Shown piece by piece: positions 9,707 through 18,717 of a stretch of DNA of 64,000 bases. The notes under the pieces are model-generated. The model ran no database searches. It was not told the DNA's origin and saw nothing but the letters and a program-made list of their open reading frames with translations. The position numbers and the translations under genes were made by a program. Position 1 is the stretch's first letter, and each line of letters begins with the position of its first letter. The stretch spans positions 33,130 to 97,129 of the forward strand of contig UQNH01000001.1 in assembly GCA_900542365.1 (NCBI GenBank). Reading direction: 5' to 3'. Source of the DNA: an uncultured Collinsella sp. GTDB taxonomy: Bacteria > Actinomycetota > Coriobacteriia > Coriobacteriales > Coriobacteriaceae.

Positions 9707-10135
9707 ATGGTGACGCTCGAGACATTGAGCTATCTATCGACTGCTCCGGACCAGTTCATCGATATTACCGAGGACGTGCACGCTGCCATCGAACGCAGCT
9801 CGGTGACCAATGGCTTGGCGGCGATTATTTTGTCGCATACGACCTGCGGAATCGTGGTAAACGAGGGGCTGCCCTGCGTGGAGACGGATCTTATGGAGAC
9901 GCTTGATCGCATCGCCCCACTCGATGCCCCCTATGCGCATGCACACTTCCTGCCGAGCTACGGAGCCACCGGTAACAACTCCTGTGGGCATATCAAGAGC
10001 ATGATTTGTGGAAACAGTTGCTTCTTTCCCGTCCAAGATGGCCACATCGTGTGCGGAAGTGCCCAGAACATCTATCTTGCGGAGTTTGACGGTCCGCAGA
10101 AGCGAAAAGTGTACGTCGAGGTGCTGGGGGAGTAA
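9707..10135 (+). CDS. YjbQ/UPF0047 family protein (secondary thiamine-phosphate synthase-like)
   Basis: FIDITEDVHAAIERSSVTNGLAAIILSHTTCGIVVNE and the HAH...HIKS pattern are typical of YjbQ. Confidence 0.7.
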   Translation: MVTLETLSYLSTAPDQFIDITEDVHAAIERSSVTNGLAAIILSHTTCGIVVNEGLPCVETDLMETLDRIAPLDAPYAHAHFLPSYGATGNNSCGHIKSMICGNSCFFPVQDGHIVCGSAQNIYLAEFDGPQKRKVYVEVLGE

Positions 10136-10168
10136 CGTCCCTGCAATAACCCTATGAAGGAGCACGTT

Positions 10169-10978
10169 ATGTCGTTTCTAACTTCGATGTTCAAGAACGA
10201 AAAGCCGGTTATCGGAATGCTGCACCTGCGTCCTCTGCCGGGCGATCCGCTGTATTACCCGGGCGGAAGCGTATCGCAGGTCGTGGAAGCCGCCAAGCGC
10301 GATCTCGAGGCGTTGCAGCAGGGCGGTGTCGATGGCATTTTGATTACCAATGAGCTCTCGATGCCCTATGAGCAGCATGTTTCTCCCTCAACCCTTGCAT
10401 CGATGGGCTATGTAATCGGGGCTCTGTCCCATGATCTGTCGACTCCTTGGGGAGCTGAGGCAATTTACGATGGTGATGCCACAATCGAGCTGTGCGCTGC
10501 CGTCGACGCGCAGTTCACGCGCTGCAATTTTTGCGGTGCCTGGGCCGGTGATCTCGGGCTGATTAACCGAGATTTCGCTCACACCATGCGTCGCAAGGCG
10601 GCGCTGCGCTTGGACGACCTCAAGCTTTTTCACTTCATCACGAGCGAGGGCGAGGTTTATCTCAACGACCGCACGACCGCGGACATTGCCGATTCACTTC
10701 TCTTTAATTGCCTACCGGATGCGATGGTCATCGGCGGTTCGGCTGCCGGTCGTGGCGCTTCGGGCGAGCTTGCCGACGAGGTCCGCGAGCGTGTTGGCGA
10801 AGTGCCCGTGGTATGTGGCACCGGTTGTCGCGAAAATACCGTGGCTGACGTATTTGCTCACTACGATGGCGCGTTTGTCGGCACGTGCTTAAAGCGCGAC
10901 GGAAAGCTGGATGCCCCGATTGATGTTGAGCGGGTGGTTCGTTTTATGGCTGCCGCTCGTACGGCGCGAGGGGAGTAG
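10169..10978 (+). CDS. BtpA/SgcQ family protein
   Basis: KPVIGMLHLRPLPGDPLY is the BtpA-family N-terminal signature. RBS AAGGAG before ATG-10169. Confidence 0.7.
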   Translation: MSFLTSMFKNEKPVIGMLHLRPLPGDPLYYPGGSVSQVVEAAKRDLEALQQGGVDGILITNELSMPYEQHVSPSTLASMGYVIGALSHDLSTPWGAEAIYDGDATIELCAAVDAQFTRCNFCGAWAGDLGLINRDFAHTMRRKAALRLDDLKLFHFITSEGEVYLNDRTTADIADSLLFNCLPDAMVIGGSAAGRGASGELADEVRERVGEVPVVCGTGCRENTVADVFAHYDGAFVGTCLKRDGKLDAPIDVERVVRFMAAARTARGE

Positions 10979-10984
10979 GCACCT

Positions 10985-12502
10985 ATGGCGCTCTATCTGG
11001 GTATTGATATTGGGACAAGCGCCTCTAAAGGCGTTTTAATCGATGATCGATGCAACATCGTTTGCCAAGCCTCTTGTGGACATGAGACGGACAACCCGTG
11101 TGATGGATGGTACCAGCATGATGCTGAGGCAGTTTGGTGGGGCGATTTTTGCCGCTTGTCGCGCGAGCTGGTGATGCTATCGGGGGTTAACGCGGCGCAG
11201 ATCGGATGCGTGGGCCTTTCCGCATTGGGTTGCGACTGTGTGCCGGTCGATACCGAGTGCAACGCGCTGGCGCCCGCGATTTTGTATGGAGTCGATGCAC
11301 GTTCGAAGCCGCAGATTGACGAGCTCCTTTCCGAATATGGGTCAGGTCGCGCACGCGAACTTTTCGGGCACGATCCCTGCTCATCAGATATTGCTCCTAA
11401 GATCTTATGGTTTAAGGAGAATATGCCCGAGGTGCACGAACGTGCCGCGAAGTTCCTGACGGCATCATCGTTTCTATGCGCAAAGTTGACGGGGCGTTTT
11501 ACGGTGGACCGTTACTTGGCGGAGGATTTTCTTCCCCTATACGACCGCTACACTTGGAGGGTTGATGCTCGGGAATGTGCTCGTTTCTGCCGGCCTGACC
11601 AGATGGCGGAGGTAATGTCGGCTACCGATATTGCCGGGGCGATTACGCAGCGCGCGGCTGAGGCGACAGGGCTCGCGGCAGGGACACCTGTCTTAGTGGG
11701 AACGGGCGACTCTGGTGCCGAGGCCATTTCGACGGGTGTATTTCGTCCCGGCGATATGATGGTTCAGTTGGGGAGCACGGCGTATTTCATCTACCTAGCT
11801 GATCATATGGTCGATGATGCCCGCCTGTGGCCAGGGACGTTTATCATTCCCGGAACTTACGGGATCTGCGCGGGGACCAATACGGCGGGTGCACTCACAT
11901 CGTGGCTGCGCCAAGAGCTGTATCGCGACGCCGTGGAGGCCGAGGGCCACGGTGGCCCCGATGCATATTCGGTCATGGCGCATGATGCCGCCGATGTGGC
12001 GCCGGGTGCCGATGGGCTCCTGTGCCTGCCGTACTTTGCGGGGGAGCGTACTCCGCTCAACGATCCCGAGGCACGTGGCGTCTTCTTTGGCCTGACCGGA
12101 AGGCATACGCGAGCCCATATGGTTCGCGCCGCCTTGGAAGGCGTCGCGTATACCGTTGCATCCCATGTCGACATTATCGAGCGAGAGCATGGACTGCCAA
12201 TTGGGCGCATTATGCTTGTCGGAGGTGGAACCAAGAATCCAGTTTGGATGCAGGCTATCGCCGACGTATGCGGGCGCGAGGTCTCGGTTGCCAAGGTTAC
12301 GGTGGGCGCATGCTTCGGTGATGCCATCATGGCAGCTCTCGCAGGTGGCGCCTATGCATCATGGGATGAACTCGCCCAAGTCCTTGGCGTTGCACAAACA
12401 ATCGTGCCCGATATGGATGCCCACGAGCTATATGCGTCGCGTCGTCATATCTTTGACGAATTGTATGCACGTAACCGTGATCTCATGCACGAATTGGTGT
12501 AA
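10985..12502 (+). CDS. FGGY-family carbohydrate kinase (xylulokinase-like)
   Basis: MALYLGIDIGTSASKGVLID N-terminus, GTGDSGAEA and GGGTKNPVWMQ motifs. Confidence 0.8.
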   Translation: MALYLGIDIGTSASKGVLIDDRCNIVCQASCGHETDNPCDGWYQHDAEAVWWGDFCRLSRELVMLSGVNAAQIGCVGLSALGCDCVPVDTECNALAPAILYGVDARSKPQIDELLSEYGSGRARELFGHDPCSSDIAPKILWFKENMPEVHERAAKFLTASSFLCAKLTGRFTVDRYLAEDFLPLYDRYTWRVDARECARFCRPDQMAEVMSATDIAGAITQRAAEATGLAAGTPVLVGTGDSGAEAISTGVFRPGDMMVQLGSTAYFIYLADHMVDDARLWPGTFIIPGTYGICAGTNTAGALTSWLRQELYRDAVEAEGHGGPDAYSVMAHDAADVAPGADGLLCLPYFAGERTPLNDPEARGVFFGLTGRHTRAHMVRAALEGVAYTVASHVDIIEREHGLPIGRIMLVGGGTKNPVWMQAIADVCGREVSVAKVTVGACFGDAIMAALAGGAYASWDELAQVLGVAQTIVPDMDAHELYASRRHIFDELYARNRDLMHELV

Positions 12503-12523
12503 TGCTGCCGAATTGTACTGCCT

Positions 12524-12570
12524 GCCAATAGGGACTGCGTTGTGCGATTCGCATGTCCCTTGGCATTTTT
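12524..12570. terminator. Imperfect hairpin plus T-tract between convergent genes
   Basis: GCCAATAGGGACTGCG...CGCATGTCCCTTGGC followed by ATTTTT. Confidence 0.5.
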
Positions 12571-12581
12571 GCCCACAGGGG

Positions 12582-13364
12582 TTAGCGAAGGTCAAAAACA
12601 GAGTGCGCATTTGCTAAAACTACCGACTCGATGCGCTTTGCGTCACAGTTTTTGAGTGAGGCAATGTGCATCGAGGTCCTTGCGAGCGATCTGATGAGCG
12701 ATTGCACACTTGTTTCTGTGTTTGGTTCGGCCGGCGCATCGGTCTCGAGCAGTAGACGGTCGAGTGGAATCTGTCGGGCATATTCGCGACCGCGCTTGGT
12801 GGCGAGCATACGCTCGTTCACGGAAAAATAGCAGCCTGCGTTTCGCGCACGGACGAACTCGTTCGAGGTACCGCTAAACCAGTGAAAGATGACGGCGGGG
12901 GAGTTGGGGCTTGGGGTGAGCAATCCATATGACTCAAGGGCGTCCAGTACGGTTCCTGCCGAACGAACAGCGTGAATTGATATCACGCGCCCGGCAAGAG
13001 GGTGCTGCACGAGTGCATCGCAGAGCCGGTCAAATGCCTGTACTTGTAGCGACTCGCTTCCGGCAAAACGAGCGGAAAAGTCGAGCCCGACCTCGCCGAT
13101 CAAGCGTTCTTGTGCAGCGACTTCGCAAAGCAGATTGATTTCAGCGTTGCCACATCGTCCGTCGGCGAGCCACCAGGGATGGAGGCCGATGCCGGCAAAG
13201 ATATTTGAACGGCCGCAGGCGCGCTTCTTGGCGCGTGCAAAGTCGTGCGGATCGACGCCGCAGTCAAATAGAATCAGGCCCAGCGCCGTTGCCTCATCGG
13301 CAACGGCGTCCGGGTGAGCCATTAGATCAAGATGGCAGTGTGCATCAAATAACCGGGGCTCCAT
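12582..13364 (-). CDS. TatD-family metal-dependent hydrolase/DNase
   Basis: MEPRLFDAHCHLDL N-terminus; 260 aa. Confidence 0.8.
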   Translation of the reverse strand: MEPRLFDAHCHLDLMAHPDAVADEATALGLILFDCGVDPHDFARAKKRACGRSNIFAGIGLHPWWLADGRCGNAEINLLCEVAAQERLIGEVGLDFSARFAGSESLQVQAFDRLCDALVQHPLAGRVISIHAVRSAGTVLDALESYGLLTPSPNSPAVIFHWFSGTSNEFVRARNAGCYFSVNERMLATKRGREYARQIPLDRLLLETDAPAEPNTETSVQSLIRSLARTSMHIASLKNCDAKRIESVVLANAHSVFDLR

Positions 13365-13378
13365 CTCGGCGCGCTCCG

Positions 13379-14170
13379 CTAGTCTAGGCGCTGGCCATCG
13401 GCGCGCACGCGCTCGGTGCCGCGGCCACTGATCTGACGGATAACCTCGCCGGCGATCATCTGGCCCATGATGGGCGGCATAAAGCTGGCGGTTCCCAGCT
13501 CGGTGCGCTCGTGGATGTTGGAAGGATCGCGGGGCTGTGTCTTAACCGATTCCTCGCAGCTAAACAGTACGTGTAGGCTCTTGATTCCGCGCTTCTTACA
13601 TTCTTTGCGCATAATGCGGCTCATGGGGTCACGTACCGTATCGAAGATGTCGGCAAAGCGGAGGCACTCGGGATGGAGTTTGTTGGCCCCGCCCATGGAG
13701 CTAACCAAACGGATGTCATGGTCCTGAGCATATTTGGCAATGGTGAGCTTGGCCGAGATGGTGTCGATGGCGTCGACGACGTAGTCGAGCTTGCCACCCG
13801 TCTGCTCCAAAACGCCCGCGAAGAACTCGTCGATGTTGTCGCTCAGCAGGTATTCGGTGCGCTTGATAACGCTGGCGGCGGGATTGATGTCGTGGATCAT
13901 GGCTTCCATCACGTCAACCTTGCGCTTGCCGACGGTGCTGTGAAAGGCGATGGCCTGTCGATTGATGTTGCTGGGCGCGACGATATCCTTGTCCAGAATC
14001 ACAAAATGACCGATGCCGCCGCGGACAAGTGCCTCGCAGCAGTTGGAGCCCACGCCTCCGCAGCCGAGCACCAGCACCGTGGCGTTGGCGAGTCTATCGA
14101 GTGCCTCACGGCCCATGATGATCTCGAGTTTGGTGTCGCGTGTCTCGACGAGAGCGGCGGTTTCGGTCAT
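13379..14170 (-). CDS. tcdA: tRNA threonylcarbamoyladenosine dehydratase (ThiF/E1-like)
   Basis: VLVLGCGGVGSNCCEALVRGGIGHFVILDKDIVAPSNINRQ. The second ATG (14170) has a 6-nt spacer from GGAGG, whereas the first ATG (14176) abuts it. Confidence 0.75.
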   Translation of the reverse strand: MTETAALVETRDTKLEIIMGREALDRLANATVLVLGCGGVGSNCCEALVRGGIGHFVILDKDIVAPSNINRQAIAFHSTVGKRKVDVMEAMIHDINPAASVIKRTEYLLSDNIDEFFAGVLEQTGGKLDYVVDAIDTISAKLTIAKYAQDHDIRLVSSMGGANKLHPECLRFADIFDTVRDPMSRIMRKECKKRGIKSLHVLFSCEESVKTQPRDPSNIHERTELGTASFMPPIMGQMIAGEVIRQISGRGTERVRADGQRLD

Positions 14171-14257
14171 AGACATCCTCCGATGGGGAAGCGAATCGTG
14201 TTTTAGCTATCACCATTATAGGTATTATCGCGATTCCATTTGAGCCCTAGGGGCTTG

Positions 14258-14286
14258 TTGAAATGAGGCGGTGATTCGCATAAGAT
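14258..14286 (+). promoter_or_regulatory. Near-consensus sigma-70-type promoter with no ORF behind it
   Basis: TTGAAA (14258-14263), a 17-nt spacer, then TAAGAT (14281-14286). Confidence 0.5.
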
Positions 14287-14292
14287 GAAGCA

Positions 14293-14387
14293 GATGGCAC
14301 CCGTTGCCGCGGGTTAGCCAACTCCGAAACACGTTTATGGCGTGAGAAGTGGCCGTCTTCGCATTACGCGGAGGCGGCTATTTTTTT
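14293..14387 (+). ncRNA. Candidate small RNA or 5' leader (about 95 nt) ending in an intrinsic terminator
   Basis: Lies downstream of the promoter above. Terminator stem GCCGTCTTCGC (14352-14362) / GCGGAGGCGGC (14368-14378), 11 bp with 2 G-U pairs, loop ATTAC, then TATTTTTTT. No RBS-preceded ORF lies inside. Confidence 0.4.
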
Positions 14388-14397
14388 GAGTACAAGA

Positions 14398-14435
14398 TTA
14401 GATAGTTAGACAAACATCTAAATATCGAGTATAGT
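14398..14435 (+). promoter_or_regulatory. Candidate sdpR promoter with an inverted-repeat operator
   Basis: TTAGAC (14406-14411), 18-nt spacer, TATAGT (14430-14435). Inverted repeat TTAGAT (14398-14403) / ATCTAA (14416-14421) overlaps the promoter. Confidence 0.4.
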
Positions 14436-14469
14436 GTGCGCGTCATGAGGGGTGCTGAGAGGAGGTCCT

Positions 14470-14748
14470 ATGCCGGGAGAGGGTTTTAAGGCGCTTGCCG
14501 ATCCAACGCGACGGCGCATTTTGGAGTTGCTGCGCGAGGGCAATTGTACGGCCGGGGAGCTTGCCGAGCATTTTGACATCAGCAAGCCGTCATTGAGCCA
14601 TCATTTGGCGACGCTCAAAAACGCCGGGCTGGTGACCGACGAGCGCCATGGCCAAAACATCGTTTACAGCTTAAACACCACCGTCATGCAGGACTTGATT
14701 GGCTGGTTTATGGGCTTTACAAACACGGAAGGTGATAAGGATGAATAA
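14470..14748 (+). CDS. sdpR: ArsR-family autorepressor, SdpR-like
   Basis: FKALADPTRRRILELLREGNCTAGELAEHFDISKPSLSHHLATLKNAGLV. RBS GAGGAGG. Overlaps the sdpI-like gene. Confidence 0.75.
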   Translation: MPGEGFKALADPTRRRILELLREGNCTAGELAEHFDISKPSLSHHLATLKNAGLVTDERHGQNIVYSLNTTVMQDLIGWFMGFTNTEGDKDE

Positions 14749-15445
14749 CGAAAACAAGGGCATTCACCCCACGGGGGTATCGTCGCGCGTGTGGATTGCG
14801 CTGGTCGTTCTGTGCGTCGCCAATGTCGTAGCGCACCTCATGGTGATGCCGAGCTTGCCTGCACAGATTCCCACGCACTGGGGCGCGAACGGCGCCGTCG
14901 ATGGTTGGGGTCCTAGCTGGATGGCCTCCGCGCTCGGCGTGCTGCCTCTGGCGCTTCTCGCAATGTTCTGCGTGGTGCCGCGCATCGATCCCAAAGGTGA
15001 GGCATATCGAACCTCGGGCAAGTTCTATCAGGGCTTCGTAATCGCCTTCACCTTGTTCATGTGCGCCATAAGCTGGCTGGGAGAGCTTACGGTCTGGGGC
15101 GTGGTGCCGGCGGTCGGTTCGGTCAACGTGCTGATTTCCGGTGCTATCGGTTTGCTGTTCATCGGCGTAGGCAACTACTTGCCGCGTGTGAAGCAGAACT
15201 ATACGCTCGGTATCAAGACGCCTTGGGCGCTTGCCGATCCCGAGAACTGGCGCCGTACGCAGCGTTTTGGCGGCGCCTGCTTTATGGTGCTGGGTATTGG
15301 CCTGATTGTGATGGGCGTGGCAGGTGCGGTGCTTTCGAGTGAAGTCGTTGCCGCGGTGATTGCGGTTCTGGCGTTTGGTTCAGCCGGAGCTGCCTACGTC
15401 TATTCGTATCTGCTGTGGCGTAAATCGCAGCGAGCCGTTCGCTAA
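14741..15445 (+). CDS. sdpI: SdpI-family membrane immunity/signal protein (DUF1648 + SdpI)
   Basis: Polytopic. Contains the IPTHWGANGAVDGWG motif and a C-terminal SdpI-like region with IKTPWALADPENWRRTQRFGG. The ATG overlaps the sdpR stop codon. Confidence 0.7.
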   Translation: MNNENKGIHPTGVSSRVWIALVVLCVANVVAHLMVMPSLPAQIPTHWGANGAVDGWGPSWMASALGVLPLALLAMFCVVPRIDPKGEAYRTSGKFYQGFVIAFTLFMCAISWLGELTVWGVVPAVGSVNVLISGAIGLLFIGVGNYLPRVKQNYTLGIKTPWALADPENWRRTQRFGGACFMVLGIGLIVMGVAGAVLSSEVVAAVIAVLAFGSAGAAYVYSYLLWRKSQRAVR

Positions 15446-15629
15446 GGTTGCGGAAAACTAGCGTACGCAGTTCATAGTATGTTCTGGGGGACTTTTCCCA
15501 GGTAGTATTAGGGGGTGTGGGCAACCATGCCCCTTTTTCGTTAAGTTTCAGAGCTGGTTTCCTCATTTCGTTTCCACTAAAGCGAATCAAGAATAGGGAA
15601 ACAGCAGGTAGAAAGGATAAAACAGGCAT

Positions 15630-17309
15630 ATGGCGGAGTTTATCTACCAGATGTATCAGGCTCGCAAGGCCCATGGCGACAAGGTAATCCTTGACGACGT
15701 GACCCTGAGCTTCTACCCCGGTGCCAAGATCGGTGTCGTGGGCCCCAACGGCATGGGCAAGTCGACCCTGCTCAAGATCATGGCCGGCATTGAGGAGGTC
15801 TCCAACGGCGATGCCAGGCTCACCCCCGGCTACACCGTGGGTATCCTGCAGCAGGAGCCGCCGCTCGACGACGACAAGACCGTCATCGAGAACGTGCGCA
15901 TGGCGTTTGGCGACATGATCGCCAAGGTCGATCGCTTCAATAAGATCGGCGAGGAGATGTGCGACCCGGATTGCGACATGGACGCCCTCATGGCAGAGAT
16001 GGGCAAGCTCCAGGACGAGATTGACGCCGCCGACGGCTGGGATATCGATTCCAAACTCGGCCAGGCCATGGACGCTCTGCAGCTGCCCGATTCCGACATG
16101 CCGGTCAACGTGCTTTCCGGCGGCGAGCGCCGCCGTGTGGCCCTGTGCAAGCTGCTGCTTGAGGCTCCCGACCTGCTGCTGCTCGACGAGCCCACGAACC
16201 ACCTGGACGCTGAGTCGATCCTGTGGCTCGAGCACTTCCTGCACAACTACCAGGGCGCGGTGCTTGCCGTCACGCACGATCGCTACTTCCTGGATAACGT
16301 TGCCGAGTGGATCTGCGAGGTCGACCGCGGCCACCTTTATCCCTACAAGGGCAACTACTCCACGTATCTGGAGACCAAGGCCGCGCGTATCGAGGCGCAG
16401 GGCAACCGCGATGCCAAGCTCGCCAAGCGCATGGAGGCCGAGCTCGAGTGGGTACGCAGCTCGCCCAAGGCTCGCCAGGCCAAGAACAAGGCCCGTCTGG
16501 CTCGCTACGAGGAGATGGAGGCCGAGGCCCGCGCAAGCCAGAAGCTCGACTGGACCGACATCCGCATCCCTGTGGGCCCGCGTCTGGGCAACAAGGTGCT
16601 CGAGGCCCATCACGTGCACAAGGAGTTCGATGGCCGTGTGCTCATCGACGATCTTTCGTTTACGCTGCCGCGCAACGGCATCGTGGGCGTGATCGGTCCC
16701 AACGGCGTGGGCAAGACCACACTGTTCAAGACGATTGTGGGTCTGGAGCCGCTGACTTCGGGCGAGCTCGAGGTGGGCGAGACCGTCAAGATTTCTTACG
16801 TCGACCAGAACCGTTCCGGCATCGACCCCGATAAGAACCTATGGGAGGTCGTCTCGGACGGCCTGGACCACATGATGGTGGGCGAGACCGAGGTTCCGAG
16901 CCGCGCTTATGTGGCGAGCTTTGGCTTTAAGGGCCAGGACCAGCAGAAGCGCGCTGGCGTGCTCTCCGGCGGCGAGCGCAACCGTCTGAACTTGGCGCTT
17001 ACGCTCAAGCAGGGCGGCAACCTGCTGCTCCTCGACGAGCCCACGAACGACCTCGACGTCGAGACGCTGTCCTCGCTCGAAGCGGCGCTGCTCGAGTTCC
17101 CGGGCTGCTCGGTGGTCATTAGCCACGATCGTATGTTCCTGGACCGCGTTGCCACGCACATTCTGGCGTGGGAGGGCACCGACGAGAATCCGGGCAACTG
17201 GTATTGGTTCGAGGGCAACTTCGAGGCCTATCAGGCCAACCGCATCGAGCGCCTGGGCGAGGACGCAGCCCAGCCGCATCGTATTCACCGCAAGCTCACG
17301 CGTGACTAG
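15630..17309 (+). CDS. ettA: Energy-dependent translational throttle protein EttA (ABC-F)
   Basis: MAEFIYQMYQARKAHGDKVILDDVTLSFYPGAKIGVVGPNGMGKSTLLKIMAG. Two ABC cassettes; 559 aa. Confidence 0.9.
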   Translation: MAEFIYQMYQARKAHGDKVILDDVTLSFYPGAKIGVVGPNGMGKSTLLKIMAGIEEVSNGDARLTPGYTVGILQQEPPLDDDKTVIENVRMAFGDMIAKVDRFNKIGEEMCDPDCDMDALMAEMGKLQDEIDAADGWDIDSKLGQAMDALQLPDSDMPVNVLSGGERRRVALCKLLLEAPDLLLLDEPTNHLDAESILWLEHFLHNYQGAVLAVTHDRYFLDNVAEWICEVDRGHLYPYKGNYSTYLETKAARIEAQGNRDAKLAKRMEAELEWVRSSPKARQAKNKARLARYEEMEAEARASQKLDWTDIRIPVGPRLGNKVLEAHHVHKEFDGRVLIDDLSFTLPRNGIVGVIGPNGVGKTTLFKTIVGLEPLTSGELEVGETVKISYVDQNRSGIDPDKNLWEVVSDGLDHMMVGETEVPSRAYVASFGFKGQDQQKRAGVLSGGERNRLNLALTLKQGGNLLLLDEPTNDLDVETLSSLEAALLEFPGCSVVISHDRMFLDRVATHILAWEGTDENPGNWYWFEGNFEAYQANRIERLGEDAAQPHRIHRKLTRD

Positions 17310-17318
17310 TAGCAAGTA

Positions 17319-17349
17319 GAAAGGCCGCCAGCAAGGGCGGCCTTTCTTG
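17319..17349 (+). terminator. ettA terminator
   Basis: GAAAGGCCGCC / GGCGGCCTTTC stem with a 6-nt loop, followed by TTGT. Confidence 0.65.
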
Positions 17350-17589
17350 TAGCAATTGCACTGCAGCTATGCCCTGGCTGCTGGTTTGATTCATAATCAA
17401 AGTCATCTCTTTGGGATTAAAGCCCGTTTTTGCTATGAGTGATTTTCTAATTCCGTTTAAAACGTAAAGACGTATTGGGTTACAAGGACATAAGCAAATC
17501 GAATTGAAATATAACCAGTGCTGTAACGTTACAAAAAAGGTTATAGAATAGGAGTATCTTATAAGTCGCTCCTCTAGAAAGAAGAACAT

Positions 17590-18717
17590 ATGCTTTCGCG
17601 TCGTCGTTTTCTGCAACTTGTCGCGTCTTCAATTGTCGCCTTAGCCGCACGTCCGAAAGAGGTTTTTGCTTTGACGGGCAATATTGATGGTGAGCAGATA
17701 CAATTTACTTCAGAAATTGCGCAAGAGCTTGCCGATAAATATATAAAGGGACTCCTCGGCTCTTCGTATACGCCTTCTGACCCTATTCCTTTTGTAGACG
17801 TTGATGGGTCCCCGCTTGGCTACATTGTTCCGGTTGTGACATTCAATAGAGCCGCGGGCTATTTGGTTTTAGATGCTTCAGATGATGAAATACTTACGGG
17901 ATATCGTTTTGGAGACGGCTTAGTCAGCCCTATGGATCGGGGAGGAGATCTTGGTGTTGAGTCTTATTCTTTCAATAACCCAGTCGTAATGATCAATCCA
18001 TTCGAATTCGGTGTGCAATCTTTGGACGGTTCAATAACAACAAATTGCGGAAGAACAATCCCGGCTGTTTCCATAGAAGGACGGCCTGTCGTTTTATCGA
18101 ATAAACCTTCAAGCTGGAACGATGTCGTAATTTACGCAACTCAAATGCAGGATTACACAGTATCTGGATTTCGTTCCATTTCTCAGTTTATGTCATATGA
18201 TGAAAGCGAGATTAAGAGGCTTACTGCCCACTATGCTTGTATGGTGACAGCTTTTTCGAACGTTGCGGAACTGTATGGCATTGCCAATTTATATAACGAC
18301 CCTTCGCAATATATGCAGATATGGAATTACACCAATACCCATGCTCTTTCCGATGAAGAACAGACTGTTCCCGGCGTTGTTTTGGGCGGAACGCCGATAT
18401 CAACCTGTGCAACGGGGTTTACAAATTACTGCGCAAGCAGAGGAAGTACTCTTATCGCCCGCACTGTCTCCTCTCCGGCTATCGCGAGCATTCAAAATGA
18501 GATTAACTCTAATAGACCGAATGTTTTACATGCGAGTTTGTACAACGGATCAGCCCATTCTGTAACAGCGGAGGCTTACGCCACACTTACTGGTAAGAAA
18601 ACTGGAGAGACAAGGCAGATGATTGGCATAGCGGACGGCTGGAATTCATCTTTATCCTTCCTGAAGTATGATCAGAGCTATTATGCGTGGACTTATGGAA
18701 CGACTTTTTCGAAGTAG
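17590..18717 (+). CDS. Tat-signal secreted protein, possible papain-fold (C39-like) cysteine peptidase
   Basis: Twin-arginine signal MLSRRRFLQLVASSIVALAA. HYACMVTAFSNVAELYG and GSAHSVTAEAY...DGWN resemble Cys/His/Asp-type C39-like motifs; the functional call is inference. AT-richer than the flanks. Confidence 0.45.
   Translation: MLSRRRFLQLVASSIVALAARPKEVFALTGNIDGEQIQFTSEIAQELADKYIKGLLGSSYTPSDPIPFVDVDGSPLGYIVPVVTFNRAAGYLVLDASDDEILTGYRFGDGLVSPMDRGGDLGVESYSFNNPVVMINPFEFGVQSLDGSITTNCGRTIPAVSIEGRPVVLSNKPSSWNDVVIYATQMQDYTVSGFRSISQFMSYDESEIKRLTAHYACMVTAFSNVAELYGIANLYNDPSQYMQIWNYTNTHALSDEEQTVPGVVLGGTPISTCATGFTNYCASRGSTLIARTVSSPAIASIQNEINSNRPNVLHASLYNGSAHSVTAEAYATLTGKKTGETRQMIGIADGWNSSLSFLKYDQSYYAWTYGTTFSK

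Noticed and set aside
14281-14316. 10-codon ORF (MKQMAPVAAG) within the candidate sRNA
   Set aside because: It has no ribosome-binding site. The ATG lies at or before the predicted transcription start.
17296-17616. 106-aa minus-strand ORF in the AT-rich spacer after ettA
   Set aside because: It overlaps the ettA terminator and the start of the Tat-signal gene. It has no RBS and an implausible composition.
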